Below are positions 48,754 to 57,739 of a DNA stretch of 64,000 nt, piece by piece. This DNA comes from an uncultured Gemmatimonadaceae bacterium (GTDB taxonomy: Bacteria; Gemmatimonadota; Gemmatimonadetes; Gemmatimonadales; Gemmatimonadaceae). The stretch lies in the NCBI GenBank assembly GCA_963740355.1, contig CAVUDW010000002.1, forward strand, positions 384,001-448,000. The letters run 5' to 3'. Made by a program: the position numbers and the translations under genes. The notes below the pieces were generated by a model, which worked only from the letters and a program-made list of their open reading frames with translations, was not told the DNA's origin and ran no database searches. Positions within the stretch are counted from its first letter, which is position 1. Every line of letters begins with the position of its first letter.

Positions 48754-50136
48754 ATGGCCTCGGCTGTCGCGTCCGACCTCGAACAGTTTCTCGTCAGCGC
48801 GCAGGCGCGGATCCACGACGAGTTGAACGATTTCCTTCGTATCCCGAGCGTCAGCGCCCGCTCGGAGCACACACCCGACGTGCGCCGCGCCGCGGAGTGG
48901 GTGTCGTCGCAGTGCCTCGCGATCGGGCTCACCACCTCGGAAGTGATCGACACCGCCGGCCACCCGATCGTGCTCGCGGAATGGCGAAAGGCGCCGGGCA
49001 AGCCGACGGTGCTGATCTACGGACACTACGATGTGCAGCCGCCAGAGCCGCTCGAGCTGTGGACCTCGCCGGCGTTCGAACCCACGGTGCGCGACGGCAA
49101 GCTGTACGCGCGTGGGAGCGTGGACGACAAGGGCCAGCTCTTCCTGCACCTCAAGGCACTCGAAGCACACCTCTCCGCACGCGGCACGCTGCCGGTGAAT
49201 GTCATCGTGCTGGCGGAAGGTGAGGAAGAAGTCGGCAGCGAGAATCTTTCGCCGTTCATCGCGGCGCATGCCGAGCGCTTGAAGTGCGACGCCGTCGTGA
49301 TCTCCGACTCGACCATGTTCGCACCCGGGCAGCCGTCGATTCTCAGCTCGCTGCGTGGGCTCGCGTACTTCGAGATTCGAGTGAAAGGCCCGCGGTCGGA
49401 CCTGCACAGCGGCATGTACGGCGGTGCCGTGGTCAATCCCGCGATGGAGTTGGCGCGCATCCTGGCGACGCTGCATCACATGGACGGCCGCATCGCCATC
49501 CCCGGCTTCTACGACGCGGTCAAGCCATTCCCCGATGCCGTCCGCGAGCAGATGCGTGGCTTGCCGTTCGACGAGGAGCACTTCCGCGCCGAAGTCGGTT
49601 CGCCGGCGCTTGGTGGCGAGTACGGCTACACGGTGCTCGAGCGTCTCTGGACGCGCCCGACCTGTGAAGTGAATGGGCTGCTCAGCGGCTACACCGGCGA
49701 AGGGGCAAAGACCGTGTTGCCGTCACATGCGATGGCGAAGGTCAGCTGTCGCCTCGTGCCGGATCAGGACCCGGCCGTGATCGAGCAGCTGATGCACGAT
49801 CATGTGCACTCCGTAGCATCCGAAGGCGTGACGGTCGAAGTGCAGCACCTGCATGGCGGCAAGCCGTGGCGCGCGGAGTTGAGCGGCCCGATTTTCGACG
49901 CCGCTCGACGGGCGCTGACGGCGGCCTTCGGCAAGGAGCCCGTGATCACCGGTGAAGGTGGGTCGATTCCGGTGGTCGGCGATTTTCAGCGCCTGCTCGA
50001 TGTGCCGGTGCTGCTGGTCGGATTCGGATTGCCTGGCGAGAACGCACACGCGCCAGACGAGTGGATCAGCGTCGAGAACTTCGAGGTTGGCATGCGCGCC
50101 ATGGCCGCACTCTGGGACGAGTTGGCCGCGACGTGA
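48754..50136 (+). CDS. M20 family dipeptidase (ArgE/DapE-related)
   Basis: YGHYDVQP, ARGSVDDKGQ, EGEEEVGS, DLHSG, GGSIP, AHAPDE. Confidence 0.94.
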   Translation: MASAVASDLEQFLVSAQARIHDELNDFLRIPSVSARSEHTPDVRRAAEWVSSQCLAIGLTTSEVIDTAGHPIVLAEWRKAPGKPTVLIYGHYDVQPPEPLELWTSPAFEPTVRDGKLYARGSVDDKGQLFLHLKALEAHLSARGTLPVNVIVLAEGEEEVGSENLSPFIAAHAERLKCDAVVISDSTMFAPGQPSILSSLRGLAYFEIRVKGPRSDLHSGMYGGAVVNPAMELARILATLHHMDGRIAIPGFYDAVKPFPDAVREQMRGLPFDEEHFRAEVGSPALGGEYGYTVLERLWTRPTCEVNGLLSGYTGEGAKTVLPSHAMAKVSCRLVPDQDPAVIEQLMHDHVHSVASEGVTVEVQHLHGGKPWRAELSGPIFDAARRALTAAFGKEPVITGEGGSIPVVGDFQRLLDVPVLLVGFGLPGENAHAPDEWISVENFEVGMRAMAALWDELAAT

Positions 50137-50768
50137 CATTCGCTCGAAGGGCAGCGACGCCGCTGCTCGTGTCCCTGATCACGATCGTCGCAGGCTGCAG
50201 GGCCTTTCGGCCCAGCGTGTCGCTCGGTGCCGCTGATCGCGCGCGCATCTACGCGGCCGTGCTGCAGGAGGTGCGTCGTGACACGACTGCGCGATGGGCG
50301 GTGCTCGATTCCCTCGTGCCCACCACCGACATCGATGCCGAGCAGCATGACAAGGTGATTGCGGAACTGCCGATCACTCGCGCTGCACTGAATGCCTTCC
50401 TGCGAGCGCAGCGCAGTCCAGCGGAACGCTTTCAATCGGGCATGATCCCCGATGCGCGCTGGATCGCGGTGTCCACGCCACGACTCGACTCACTGCGTGC
50501 CGCCGCACGTGCTGAGGCGTCACTGGCACCGATCCCTGACGGCCCGCGCCCCGATCGATTCTGGCAGCAATGGTACCGCGCCTTCCCCGGTTCGGCCGGC
50601 TACGTCGTGCTGTCACCAGCCAGCATTTCTCACGGCGGCGACGAGGCGGTGGTGCACGTGCGTATCGCGTGCGGTCCGGTGTGCGGTGAGACAGAGCTGC
50701 GCGTGCTACAGCGCGATGACCGAGGCCTCTGGCACACCACCCGCAAGGTCAAGCTCTCGGAAAGCTGA
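50133..50768 (+). CDS. Hypothetical lipoprotein
   Basis: GTGA overlap with peptidase stop; lipobox IVAGC; C-terminal ACGPVCG motif. Confidence 0.7.
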   Translation: MTFARRAATPLLVSLITIVAGCRAFRPSVSLGAADRARIYAAVLQEVRRDTTARWAVLDSLVPTTDIDAEQHDKVIAELPITRAALNAFLRAQRSPAERFQSGMIPDARWIAVSTPRLDSLRAAARAEASLAPIPDGPRPDRFWQQWYRAFPGSAGYVVLSPASISHGGDEAVVHVRIACGPVCGETELRVLQRDDRGLWHTTRKVKLSES

Positions 50769-50780
50769 TCGCGACGGCTG

Positions 50781-53700
50781 TCACCACTTCCACTCGCGCG
50801 AGAGGAAGAGCCCGAAGTTCTGCAGGCTATTCGGATTCTGAACCTGCAACGTCTGGCTCTGCAGCAGGAAGCGCGGGCCAAAGGTGGTCTCGAGGCGATA
50901 GTTCTTCGGCAGGCGGTATTCGATTCTGAGGCCGACTGGAGAGATGCCGCTCGCGCCGGTGAACCGTGCGGGATTGAGCGTGATGACCGCGTAACTGCGT
51001 GTGCCGAAGTAGCGACCGTACTCGATTTCTGTCGCCAGCAGAAAGCCCTTGTAGCCGCTCAACACACTTTGGAATTCCTGCGCACTTCCGGTCGATGTGA
51101 TGTTGAGGATGTCGGCACCCAACGCACGTGCGACGTTGCCTTCGACGCTGTTCAGCAACCCGTCGAGCGCGAAGGACGTCAGCTGCCGGTTCACGATGCC
51201 GCCAAAGCCGCCCACCAGTCCGCCGCCTGCACCGGAACCGCCGCCTGACAACAACGAGCCACTGGCACCACTGAAGGCCAGGTAGCTGATCAGGTCTGTC
51301 TGCGGAATCGGTGGCTGCGCATCGCTCTCCAAAGACAGGCGCGGGCGTACCAACGTACCGCCGATGTTCAGGCGAATCGCAAATGCCTGCTGCGATGCGG
51401 GGCGGATCTGCACTTCGGCAGCAGCCTGCAGCAGAGGATTGAGGTCCGACGTGCCAAGGAACGTGGCCGACCCGCGCACGATGTTGAATCGCTTGCCAAG
51501 GAATTCGTACTGACCGCGCTCCGTGGCCACGATCCCATCGAGGGTGATGCCACCGGTCACGGGATTGATCGCGACCTGCAGCTCGCCGTCGGTGTACACC
51601 TCGACGTTCGCTTCCTTGCTGCGGACCCACACGTTGCGATCGACGCGAGCGACGACCTGCGTCTTGAGTCCACGAATGAAGTCCGAGGGTGGCACGATCA
51701 GGCCACGCTCGCGCGCTTCCGTGCTATCCACCGCGCCCAGCAACGCCGGATCGCTCGCGTTCAGCACTGTCGTCACTCGGCGCTCATCACTCAGTCGATA
51801 GACGCCCTCACGCACGCGGAGGCTGCCATCGATGGACGCCGCATTGTACGCGCCCGTCAGCGTGAGGTCGGCGAGGGCGCTGATGCGCCCCTGCGAGCCA
51901 TCCAGCACCCGCGCGTTGCGCGCCACCAGCTTCAGGTCGAACAGCGGGTTCGTCACCTTCCGCAGCCCCACACCGCCGGTGACGCGAATCGTGCCGTCGC
52001 CGCTCTTGGCCACCACCGAATCCACCACCATCGAGTCGCCGCGGAAGCGGATGTCCCCATTCATCGCCCGAATCGGCAGCTCGGCCGCCACGATGAACGC
52101 CTCACCGTCGCGCAACGTCAGGTTGCCATCGAACGTCAGGTTATCCGGCAGCGTACCGCGGACCTGCACTCGTCCCACGGTCTGGCCCTTCACATCGCTG
52201 ATCGCGGTGCTCAGCGCCGGAAGGATGTCCAGCGGCAGTGAATCGAGCTGGATGTCGCCGATGAATGGCAGGTCGAGCAAGCGCTTCGGCTTGCCACTCA
52301 GCGCGAGATCGATTGGAATCGTCGCGTTGGCGCGAGCATTGGCTGCCTGATCGGGTCGACGGACTTCCGCGTACGCGACCGCCTTCTTCGCCGCGTAATT
52401 CATGCGGGCGCGGAATTCCGGCAGTGGCAGGCTGTCGTAGACGACGTCGCGGATCGCGCCAAGAAACGAGATCTTCGGATCGGCAGCCGTGCCATCCACG
52501 TACAAGTCGGCCGAGACACGACCATCCACCGGCGAAATCGTCTGCGCGAGGTCAGCCAGGTCCCACAGCTGCGTATTTCGAATCGCCAGCGTGACGTTGG
52601 TCGTGCCGCCGGTATCGACGGCCGCATCGAGCTGGAGTCGGGCGTCACCCTGTGTCTCGAGCGCCAGCGAGTCGACCGTGAACCGGCCCTTCGACCACGA
52701 GGCACGCCACGGATAGGGTGTGGCCCACTGCGACGACGGCAACGTCAGCGATGTGCTGTCGACACGCGCCTGATAGGTGGCGGAGTCGAGCACCAGCGCG
52801 CCCTTGAGTGCGATGCCAGTGGAATCGATCAGGTGCACATCGATGCCCAGGGTACCGGCACCGGTGGCGAGGGTACCGCGACGCCACGCGTAGGCGGAAG
52901 TGAGGTCGATTGAATCGACCCGGAACCCCGCCACACTCATGCCGCCAAGGTGCCCGCTCAGCGCCGCCGTCGAACTGTCGCTGCCGAGGTGCGTCCATTG
53001 CGGGCGCAGCGTGACGCGTCGGGCGTTGTTGCCATTCACGAACAGGTTCTGTGCATCCAGCGCGCCGCTGCCACTGATGTCCTTCAACCAGCCCTGCAGC
53101 GAGATGTTGAGTGTGGCCTCACCCGAGAGTGAATCACCACGCAACGGAGCCGGTGGCACGATCTTGAGTGCGATCGGCGCCAGCCCGCGTGCGGCGCGCT
53201 CGACTTCCGTCCGGCGCGCGAGCGCCAGCGAGTCGGCACGCTGGCGACGAATCGACCGCACGATGGCAGCCTGACTGGGCGCGATCAGCGCGCTGTCGCC
53301 AGGCAGGTACGGACGCAGGCGCTGCAACGAGTCGATGGAGATGGCCAGCTTCAACTCACCGGTGCGTCCTTCGCGCAATCCGAATGTGCCAGACCCATTG
53401 CCGATGGCACCACCGATCCGCAGCATCAGCGTATCCAGCGTCAGCACACCATCGTGCGCATTGGCGGCCAGCGTCACCGTATCGACACGGATGCGGTCCA
53501 CTTCCGACGCCCGCAAGTCGAGCACCACACGACCTTCCAGATCCGCGACCGTGGTGCCGCGCGCATTCACCGCCGCGATGCCAACCAGCCGGGTCGCGAT
53601 CGCATTCGGGATCAGGCGGCGCAGGTCGAGCGAATCGGCCGTCAGGATCACGTCGGCGAACGAGGGACCGCGTTCCGGCACGCCGAACCGCCCGGCCACC

Positions 53701-55391
53701 TGTAACGCTCCGGCACTGTCCACCCGCACCGTGGACTTCACCAGCATGTTCGAGAGCACGCCCTGCAAGGAGAGGGTGCCCGATGCATTGCCACGCAGGC
53801 CAAGCGTCGGCGCAAACCGTCCCATCGCCGGAAGTGACAGCGGTTCGAACAGCAGGTTCGCATCCACCAGCGGTTCGACGCCGGTGATGTTCACGCGCGC
53901 CCGGCCGTTGATGCGCGAGTCGAGGCCTTCCACACTGTGTACCAGCGCAAGCCGTGTATCCAACCAGCCATCGGTGCGCCCGTTTACCGTCACCACACCA
54001 CCCACGCGACCGCCCAGTGGCTTCAGCGCTTCACTCGCGAGCGTCACTGGGACCGGCGTGATGTCGAGGCGCAGGTTGCGCGTCAGCAGGGCATCGCCCA
54101 CGCTACCCGCGATACCGCGGGCACGCATGTTCAGCGGACCAGCCTCGCGGTCGTCGAAGCGGAACACGCCATCGATCGTCGCGCCTGTCAGTGGTCCCTT
54201 CGCTGCCAGCGTGCCGCTCAGCACGCCCTCGCGCGGAATGGCGACGTCGGGCAGCAGTCGCTTCACGAGGCGCGTGTCGAGCGCATCGAGCCGCACCTTC
54301 ACGTCATCGAAGCGCGTGTCATCCTTGTCGAAACCGAAATCCAGCGTCCCGTTCAAGCGCGCCTTCTCCAGCGCCAGCGACAAGGAATGCAGCTGGATGT
54401 CGCTCGATGTGCCGCGCAGCACGTACTTGACGTCACCGATCGAGCCGGTGCCGCCCTTCGGCAACAGCGGAACGAGCCACAGCCAGTCATCGGTGACGAC
54501 CGTCGGCGCCTTGGCGGTCAGGGCAGCGTCGCCCGTCACCATGTTGTACTGGCCGTTCAACGTTGCGCGCGACTTCGGCAACTCCGCGGCGACGTTCCGG
54601 AACCAGACCGAGTCGCTGTTCACGAACACCGTGCCCGACACGCCGCGCAGGTCGAGCACCGGCGGATGGAACGGCTTGATGGTGCCGTAGCCGCGCGCGA
54701 TCTCGAACTTCTGTACTGTCTGGCCTGGATACTTGATCCGTGCGTACGGCGCAAAGATCGAGACATGCTCGAGCACCGTCACGCGCTGGTAGCCGCCTGG
54801 CACCGCTTCCACGACGGGGCGCAGCTTGCCGGCCAATGCCAGGGCGAGCACTGAATCGCGTCCCTTCGGTGCACGCCACGCATCGACGTTGTACGGACTG
54901 CGCGCAGTGAGGTTGGCGTCGATCAGCGTGACGTTCCTCAACTCGACCCAATCGCCGAACTGCGGATTGGGACCGTGCGCTCGCTTGGTCGTATCCGGAA
55001 ACAGGATCGCATCCCAGTTCCAGCGCTTGCCCGGCAGCCGGTTCAAGACGATTACCGGTCGCTCGGCACGCACGTTGTCGAGGATCACGCGCCTGTTCCA
55101 CAGGTCACTGATCGACCAGGTGGCACGCACCAGCGGTGCCTTGATGAAGGGCGCGCCTGCGGAGTCGGTGATCACGACGTCGTGCACGGTGGCACGTGTG
55201 AACACCGGCAAGTCGATGCTGCCGACGCTCACCTTGCCCGCGAACTGGTTGTTGAGCGCGTCCTCGACGAAAAGGCGAACCTTTTCGCGGCCCCACTCGG
55301 TGCGAGGCAGATACACCACCGCCGCGACAGCGAGGAGCAACGCGCTGCCCATGCACAATGCGACCGCGGCCGCGATCCGTCGCTTCCTCAG
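50781..55391 (-). CDS. tamB: Translocation/assembly module TamB (DUF490 C-terminus)
   Basis: N-terminal signal anchor, long beta-rich body, C-terminal RGQYEFLGKRF...NPLL...GGTLVRPRL; downstream of an Omp85 gene. Start probably CTG 55391 (track uses TTG 55358). Confidence 0.85.
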   Translation of the reverse strand: MRKRRIAAAVALCMGSALLLAVAAVVYLPRTEWGREKVRLFVEDALNNQFAGKVSVGSIDLPVFTRATVHDVVITDSAGAPFIKAPLVRATWSISDLWNRRVILDNVRAERPVIVLNRLPGKRWNWDAILFPDTTKRAHGPNPQFGDWVELRNVTLIDANLTARSPYNVDAWRAPKGRDSVLALALAGKLRPVVEAVPGGYQRVTVLEHVSIFAPYARIKYPGQTVQKFEIARGYGTIKPFHPPVLDLRGVSGTVFVNSDSVWFRNVAAELPKSRATLNGQYNMVTGDAALTAKAPTVVTDDWLWLVPLLPKGGTGSIGDVKYVLRGTSSDIQLHSLSLALEKARLNGTLDFGFDKDDTRFDDVKVRLDALDTRLVKRLLPDVAIPREGVLSGTLAAKGPLTGATIDGVFRFDDREAGPLNMRARGIAGSVGDALLTRNLRLDITPVPVTLASEALKPLGGRVGGVVTVNGRTDGWLDTRLALVHSVEGLDSRINGRARVNITGVEPLVDANLLFEPLSLPAMGRFAPTLGLRGNASGTLSLQGVLSNMLVKSTVRVDSAGALQVAGRFGVPERGPSFADVILTADSLDLRRLIPNAIATRLVGIAAVNARGTTVADLEGRVVLDLRASEVDRIRVDTVTLAANAHDGVLTLDTLMLRIGGAIGNGSGTFGLREGRTGELKLAISIDSLQRLRPYLPGDSALIAPSQAAIVRSIRRQRADSLALARRTEVERAARGLAPIALKIVPPAPLRGDSLSGEATLNISLQGWLKDISGSGALDAQNLFVNGNNARRVTLRPQWTHLGSDSSTAALSGHLGGMSVAGFRVDSIDLTSAYAWRRGTLATGAGTLGIDVHLIDSTGIALKGALVLDSATYQARVDSTSLTLPSSQWATPYPWRASWSKGRFTVDSLALETQGDARLQLDAAVDTGGTTNVTLAIRNTQLWDLADLAQTISPVDGRVSADLYVDGTAADPKISFLGAIRDVVYDSLPLPEFRARMNYAAKKAVAYAEVRRPDQAANARANATIPIDLALSGKPKRLLDLPFIGDIQLDSLPLDILPALSTAISDVKGQTVGRVQVRGTLPDNLTFDGNLTLRDGEAFIVAAELPIRAMNGDIRFRGDSMVVDSVVAKSGDGTIRVTGGVGLRKVTNPLFDLKLVARNARVLDGSQGRISALADLTLTGAYNAASIDGSLRVREGVYRLSDERRVTTVLNASDPALLGAVDSTEARERGLIVPPSDFIRGLKTQVVARVDRNVWVRSKEANVEVYTDGELQVAINPVTGGITLDGIVATERGQYEFLGKRFNIVRGSATFLGTSDLNPLLQAAAEVQIRPASQQAFAIRLNIGGTLVRPRLSLESDAQPPIPQTDLISYLAFSGASGSLLSGGGSGAGGGLVGGFGGIVNRQLTSFALDGLLNSVEGNVARALGADILNITSTGSAQEFQSVLSGYKGFLLATEIEYGRYFGTRSYAVITLNPARFTGASGISPVGLRIEYRLPKNYRLETTFGPRFLLQSQTLQVQNPNSLQNFGLFLSREWKW

Positions 55392-57739
55392 AACGCCTCC
55401 CCGATCGACAGGTGCAACGTCAGTCGATTGAAGATGCCACCCAATCCGGTTCCGGTTGCCGGATTGAACGAGCGTTGCTTGCCGATCTGGTACAACCCAG
55501 AGCGCTGCGTGACGCCATTCGCCTCCAGCCAGGTCGAGTCACTCGGCACCAGCTCCGTGATGACGCTCAACTGCTCGAGGGCGCGCGGGTTGTAGCCGAC
55601 GTCCACGCGGATGGGGCCGACGGGGCTGAGATAGCGAATGCCGATGCCGGGCGTGAAGACGGTGGCCGTACCGCCAAACTTCGCACCGACCGATCCGGCG
55701 TCGAGGAACGCGGCCAACGTGATCGGCCCCCAGAAACGATACCGCGCCTCGATCGACCCTTCGAGCAGCGCTGAAGCGCCAAGGGGTTTCGGTGTGAAGT
55801 CGCCATCGCGGAAGTCCGATGTCGGTCGGCCGTTCCGCAACGGCGCTCCGGTGCTGTCAGTGAAGCAGTTCGGAAGCGACACATTCGGATCGCACGGCAG
55901 ACGTCCATCGCGCAACGAGGGGTTGGCCAGCAAGCTGTCGAAGCCTGCTGCGGACGGCTGGAAGACGGAGCGCGGAATCACGAGCACACGCGGCCCCAGC
56001 TGGTTTTCACCATAGCCGCGCACCGACCGGGCACCACCGGCGTAGAAGCGCTTCCGGGGGAGGATGATCGGCACACTGTCGCCGTTCGCTCGCTGCCCCA
56101 CGACATAACCTGCGTGGAGCCGGACGGCCACCGTCAGCTTCTCGCTGACGCGGAAGTACCGCGCACCGTCCAGCTCGAACCGCACATAGCGGAACTGCGA
56201 CCCGGTCCACGTGTCGGCCAGTTCGATGTCGGATCGCCAGGTGTAGCCGCGGGTCGGACCAATTGGATCGTCCCGATGATCGCTGGCCGCCGAGAGCGAC
56301 AACGGCGCGAGCCGCTGCGTGCTGCGCAGCACGCGCAGTGATGGCTCATCGCAGACACCGAAGTTCACGCAGTAGTAGGTGTCGGCCGCCGAGACGTTCG
56401 TGAACTCGAGACGATACTGCAAGCTCACTGGAACCGTCTTCGTCACGTTGCGCGTGAAGCTCGCGCCAACGCCGCCACCCTGGTCGACGAACACGCCCGG
56501 TGATGAGCGCCGATAGCCGAATGCGCTGAAGCCGGTCTGGTTGCGGCTGTCGCTGAGCCACCGACGCCGGACTTCCGCGTTGACCTGAAAGGTTGGCTGC
56601 AGGTAGACCGGATCATCGTTGCCGAGATTCGACGGCAACACGTTGTTGAACACGAACTTGTTGTTGAGCTGCGTGCCGAGCAGGTTGCCGAGTGTCGCCT
56701 GCAGCGTCAGGCGTCCCGCGTTGTTCCGGAAGTTGGCATCCGTGTAGCGCGCGTCGACCTGGAAGAAGTCGACCGTGCTCACGCCGCCGGTCACCCGAAA
56801 CGCCTTGGTGGGCAACTCCTCCACGGACGCGATCAGTTTCTTCAGCGGGGGGGCGGTTCCGGAATCGACGCGAACGAAGGCTCGCTTGAAGAAGCCAGCC
56901 TCATACAGCGCGCGCTGGCTCTCGATCACGCCGATGCGAGAGTACCGGTCTCCGGCCTTCACGCCCATCGTGTTGGCCACCACGCGTGGGTCGTATTTCT
57001 CCGTGCCCTCGACGCGAATCGACTCGATGCGCGTCTCGTAGAGCCCCTTCACGTCGAACGACACGGCGGCCCGCGGGCTGCTGGTATCGGCGACGGCCAC
57101 GGGCGCGATCGTCATGTCGCCGAAGCCTTCCGCATCGAGGTGCATCGCGATGCGCGACGCGATCGAGTCGAGGTGAATCAGGTCGAGCGGCTGCCCGATC
57201 CTGATGTCCACCACTGATCGCAGGTCGTGCACCGACAGCAGCGAGTCGAGTTGACCGAGGTTGATGCTGCCGATCACCGTCGGCGGCCCTTCCACCACCT
57301 TGAGGGCGATCTCGATGTGCCCTTCGTCGATCTTCGTGATGTCGGGGGTCACCTGTGCCGCGCGCCACCCGCGCTTCCAGTACAGCACACGCAGGCGCAG
57401 GATGTCGCGATCCAGTTCGGCCTTGTCGAGTGTGACCTTCTTCTTCATGAAGTCGAAACGCAAGATCCGACAGGCGCCCCACAGCTTGCAGTGCGAAGCC
57501 TCGGTCGCGATCGCGGCCTTCAATTCATCGGTGCTGATGTTGACGTTGCCGTCGATCTTCAGCCGGTCGATCACCGGCTGCGACACCACGCGCTTGAGCG
57601 TCTGTGACGCTGGCGGCACGACGGGCTGTGATGCCGCCTGCGCCCGCCCTGATGTACCAGTGATACACCAGAGCAGCACAACGCCCGCCGCACTCAGTGC
57701 GCGACGGGCGTTACGACAGAGACCAACCGACACCCTCAA
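55388..57739 (-). CDS. tamA: Omp85-family outer-membrane protein (TamA/BamA-like, POTRA plus beta-barrel)
   Basis: POTRA-like repeats, RFYAGGARSVRGY, GIRYLSPVGPIRVDVGY, terminal LHLSIGEAF. Confidence 0.88.
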   Translation of the reverse strand: MRVSVGLCRNARRALSAAGVVLLWCITGTSGRAQAASQPVVPPASQTLKRVVSQPVIDRLKIDGNVNISTDELKAAIATEASHCKLWGACRILRFDFMKKKVTLDKAELDRDILRLRVLYWKRGWRAAQVTPDITKIDEGHIEIALKVVEGPPTVIGSINLGQLDSLLSVHDLRSVVDIRIGQPLDLIHLDSIASRIAMHLDAEGFGDMTIAPVAVADTSSPRAAVSFDVKGLYETRIESIRVEGTEKYDPRVVANTMGVKAGDRYSRIGVIESQRALYEAGFFKRAFVRVDSGTAPPLKKLIASVEELPTKAFRVTGGVSTVDFFQVDARYTDANFRNNAGRLTLQATLGNLLGTQLNNKFVFNNVLPSNLGNDDPVYLQPTFQVNAEVRRRWLSDSRNQTGFSAFGYRRSSPGVFVDQGGGVGASFTRNVTKTVPVSLQYRLEFTNVSAADTYYCVNFGVCDEPSLRVLRSTQRLAPLSLSAASDHRDDPIGPTRGYTWRSDIELADTWTGSQFRYVRFELDGARYFRVSEKLTVAVRLHAGYVVGQRANGDSVPIILPRKRFYAGGARSVRGYGENQLGPRVLVIPRSVFQPSAAGFDSLLANPSLRDGRLPCDPNVSLPNCFTDSTGAPLRNGRPTSDFRDGDFTPKPLGASALLEGSIEARYRFWGPITLAAFLDAGSVGAKFGGTATVFTPGIGIRYLSPVGPIRVDVGYNPRALEQLSVITELVPSDSTWLEANGVTQRSGLYQIGKQRSFNPATGTGLGGIFNRLTLHLSIGEAF

